The translations under genes were made by a program, and so were the position numbers. The notes beneath the pieces are model-generated. The model did no database searches and was not told the DNA's origin. It was given only the letters and a program-made list of their open reading frames with translations. A stretch of 64,000 nucleotides of DNA, taken from the NCBI GenBank assembly GCA_964188305.1, contig OZ076885.1. One strand, written 5' to 3'. Each line of letters starts with the position of its first letter. Positions within the stretch are counted from its first letter, which is position 1. Positions 63,007 to 64,000 of the stretch are shown here, one piece after another. Source of the DNA: Podarcis bocagei. Taxonomy: Eukaryota.

Positions 63007-64000
63007 CTTTATGCCATGCTATGTTTCATTAAACAAAAAGAAATATTTTACAGTGAAATAGAAATATATCAAAAGTTATTTTCTTATTAACTTATTTATT
63101 AATAAATTGGTAAGTCCCAAACTTTGATTTTTAAGAATCCTTGATCTCCTCAGATATCTCAACTTTTTGCTTCTCCCGCCTCTCTGTATTTAGTCAGTAT
63201 AGCAGCATTTGGGCTATATTCACAATTTTTAAAAGATCATATTTATTTTGTGAGATGAAGCAAAACTGGGGGAAAGGAAAGGAAATTCAAGAAGGCACAA
63301 CACTCCTTCTATGCTTTTGGACAGATGCAACAAAAATCCTAGTAAATCCTGTATCCCATTGAGTTCTAGACCACAAGTAATCTCAACATGCATGAAGCCA
63401 ATGATTACACCCATGCTGTACTATTTACTTTCCATAGGCACAATATGAATGTAATTCTTATCATCTATAGTATTTATATCTTCTGAACCTGTACGCCAGT
63501 AGGGAACTGTTCTTGTAAAGTTCTTGGTGTGGCAACATAGATACTTATCACTTGCTGAAAAGAATATTGACACTGTATGCATATTTGTCACTCCAATTAC
63601 TACCAGCATGTACTGCTGTTTCCTGGAAGTTTCCAGTGATGACTGTGTATGTGGCTATAGGCCTGTGTGGAAAGCAACACAGCTCTGACGTGGTTGGTTG
63701 GTTGATTGGTTGGAAGGTTAAAGAAAGGCACATGAACTGAAGCTGAATCCTAACAAGATGGGGGCACTTGGTTTGCTGGTTCACAGGTTGGTGTTCTGGA
63801 TACGTTGTTTTTTTTAAAAAAAAAAACAATTTGCAAAAGAAACTTTATGGAATGAAACAAAAGATATATAATTCCAAACACTAGAAGAAACAAATTCCCA
63901 GGACCGCTTATTATATTACATTCATTAATCATAATTACAAATATTAGTAAAAGAGAGATTATATGTCTAGTCCTTCACAGAAACATATAATAAATCATAA

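Overview
Vertebrate genomic DNA, very probably from a lacertid-type lizard (Sauria/Squam SINEs, CR1, L2, BovB and L1 fragments, many MITEs). Almost the whole window is one minus-strand gel-forming mucin gene, best matching MUC5B. I traced 45 phase-compatible coding exons by hand, from the ATG at 59160 to exon 45 at 427-522: signal peptide, VWD1-VWD2-D'-VWD3 assemblies, a single 8967-bp central exon with 11 CysD domains in a near-identical 885/738-bp CysD+PTS super-repeat, then VWD4 and VWC modules. The last exons (cystine knot, stop) lie off the left edge. A TATA box sits about 80 bp upstream of the ATG. Introns and the upstream region hold many transposon insertions, several with intact target-site duplications, and there is one 359-N assembly gap. 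I see no wholly new biological system. The most notable points are the CysD-dense homogenised super-repeat, the altered GDPH site in VWD4, a GC-AG intron and a nested BovB/CR1/CR1 composite near the promoter.
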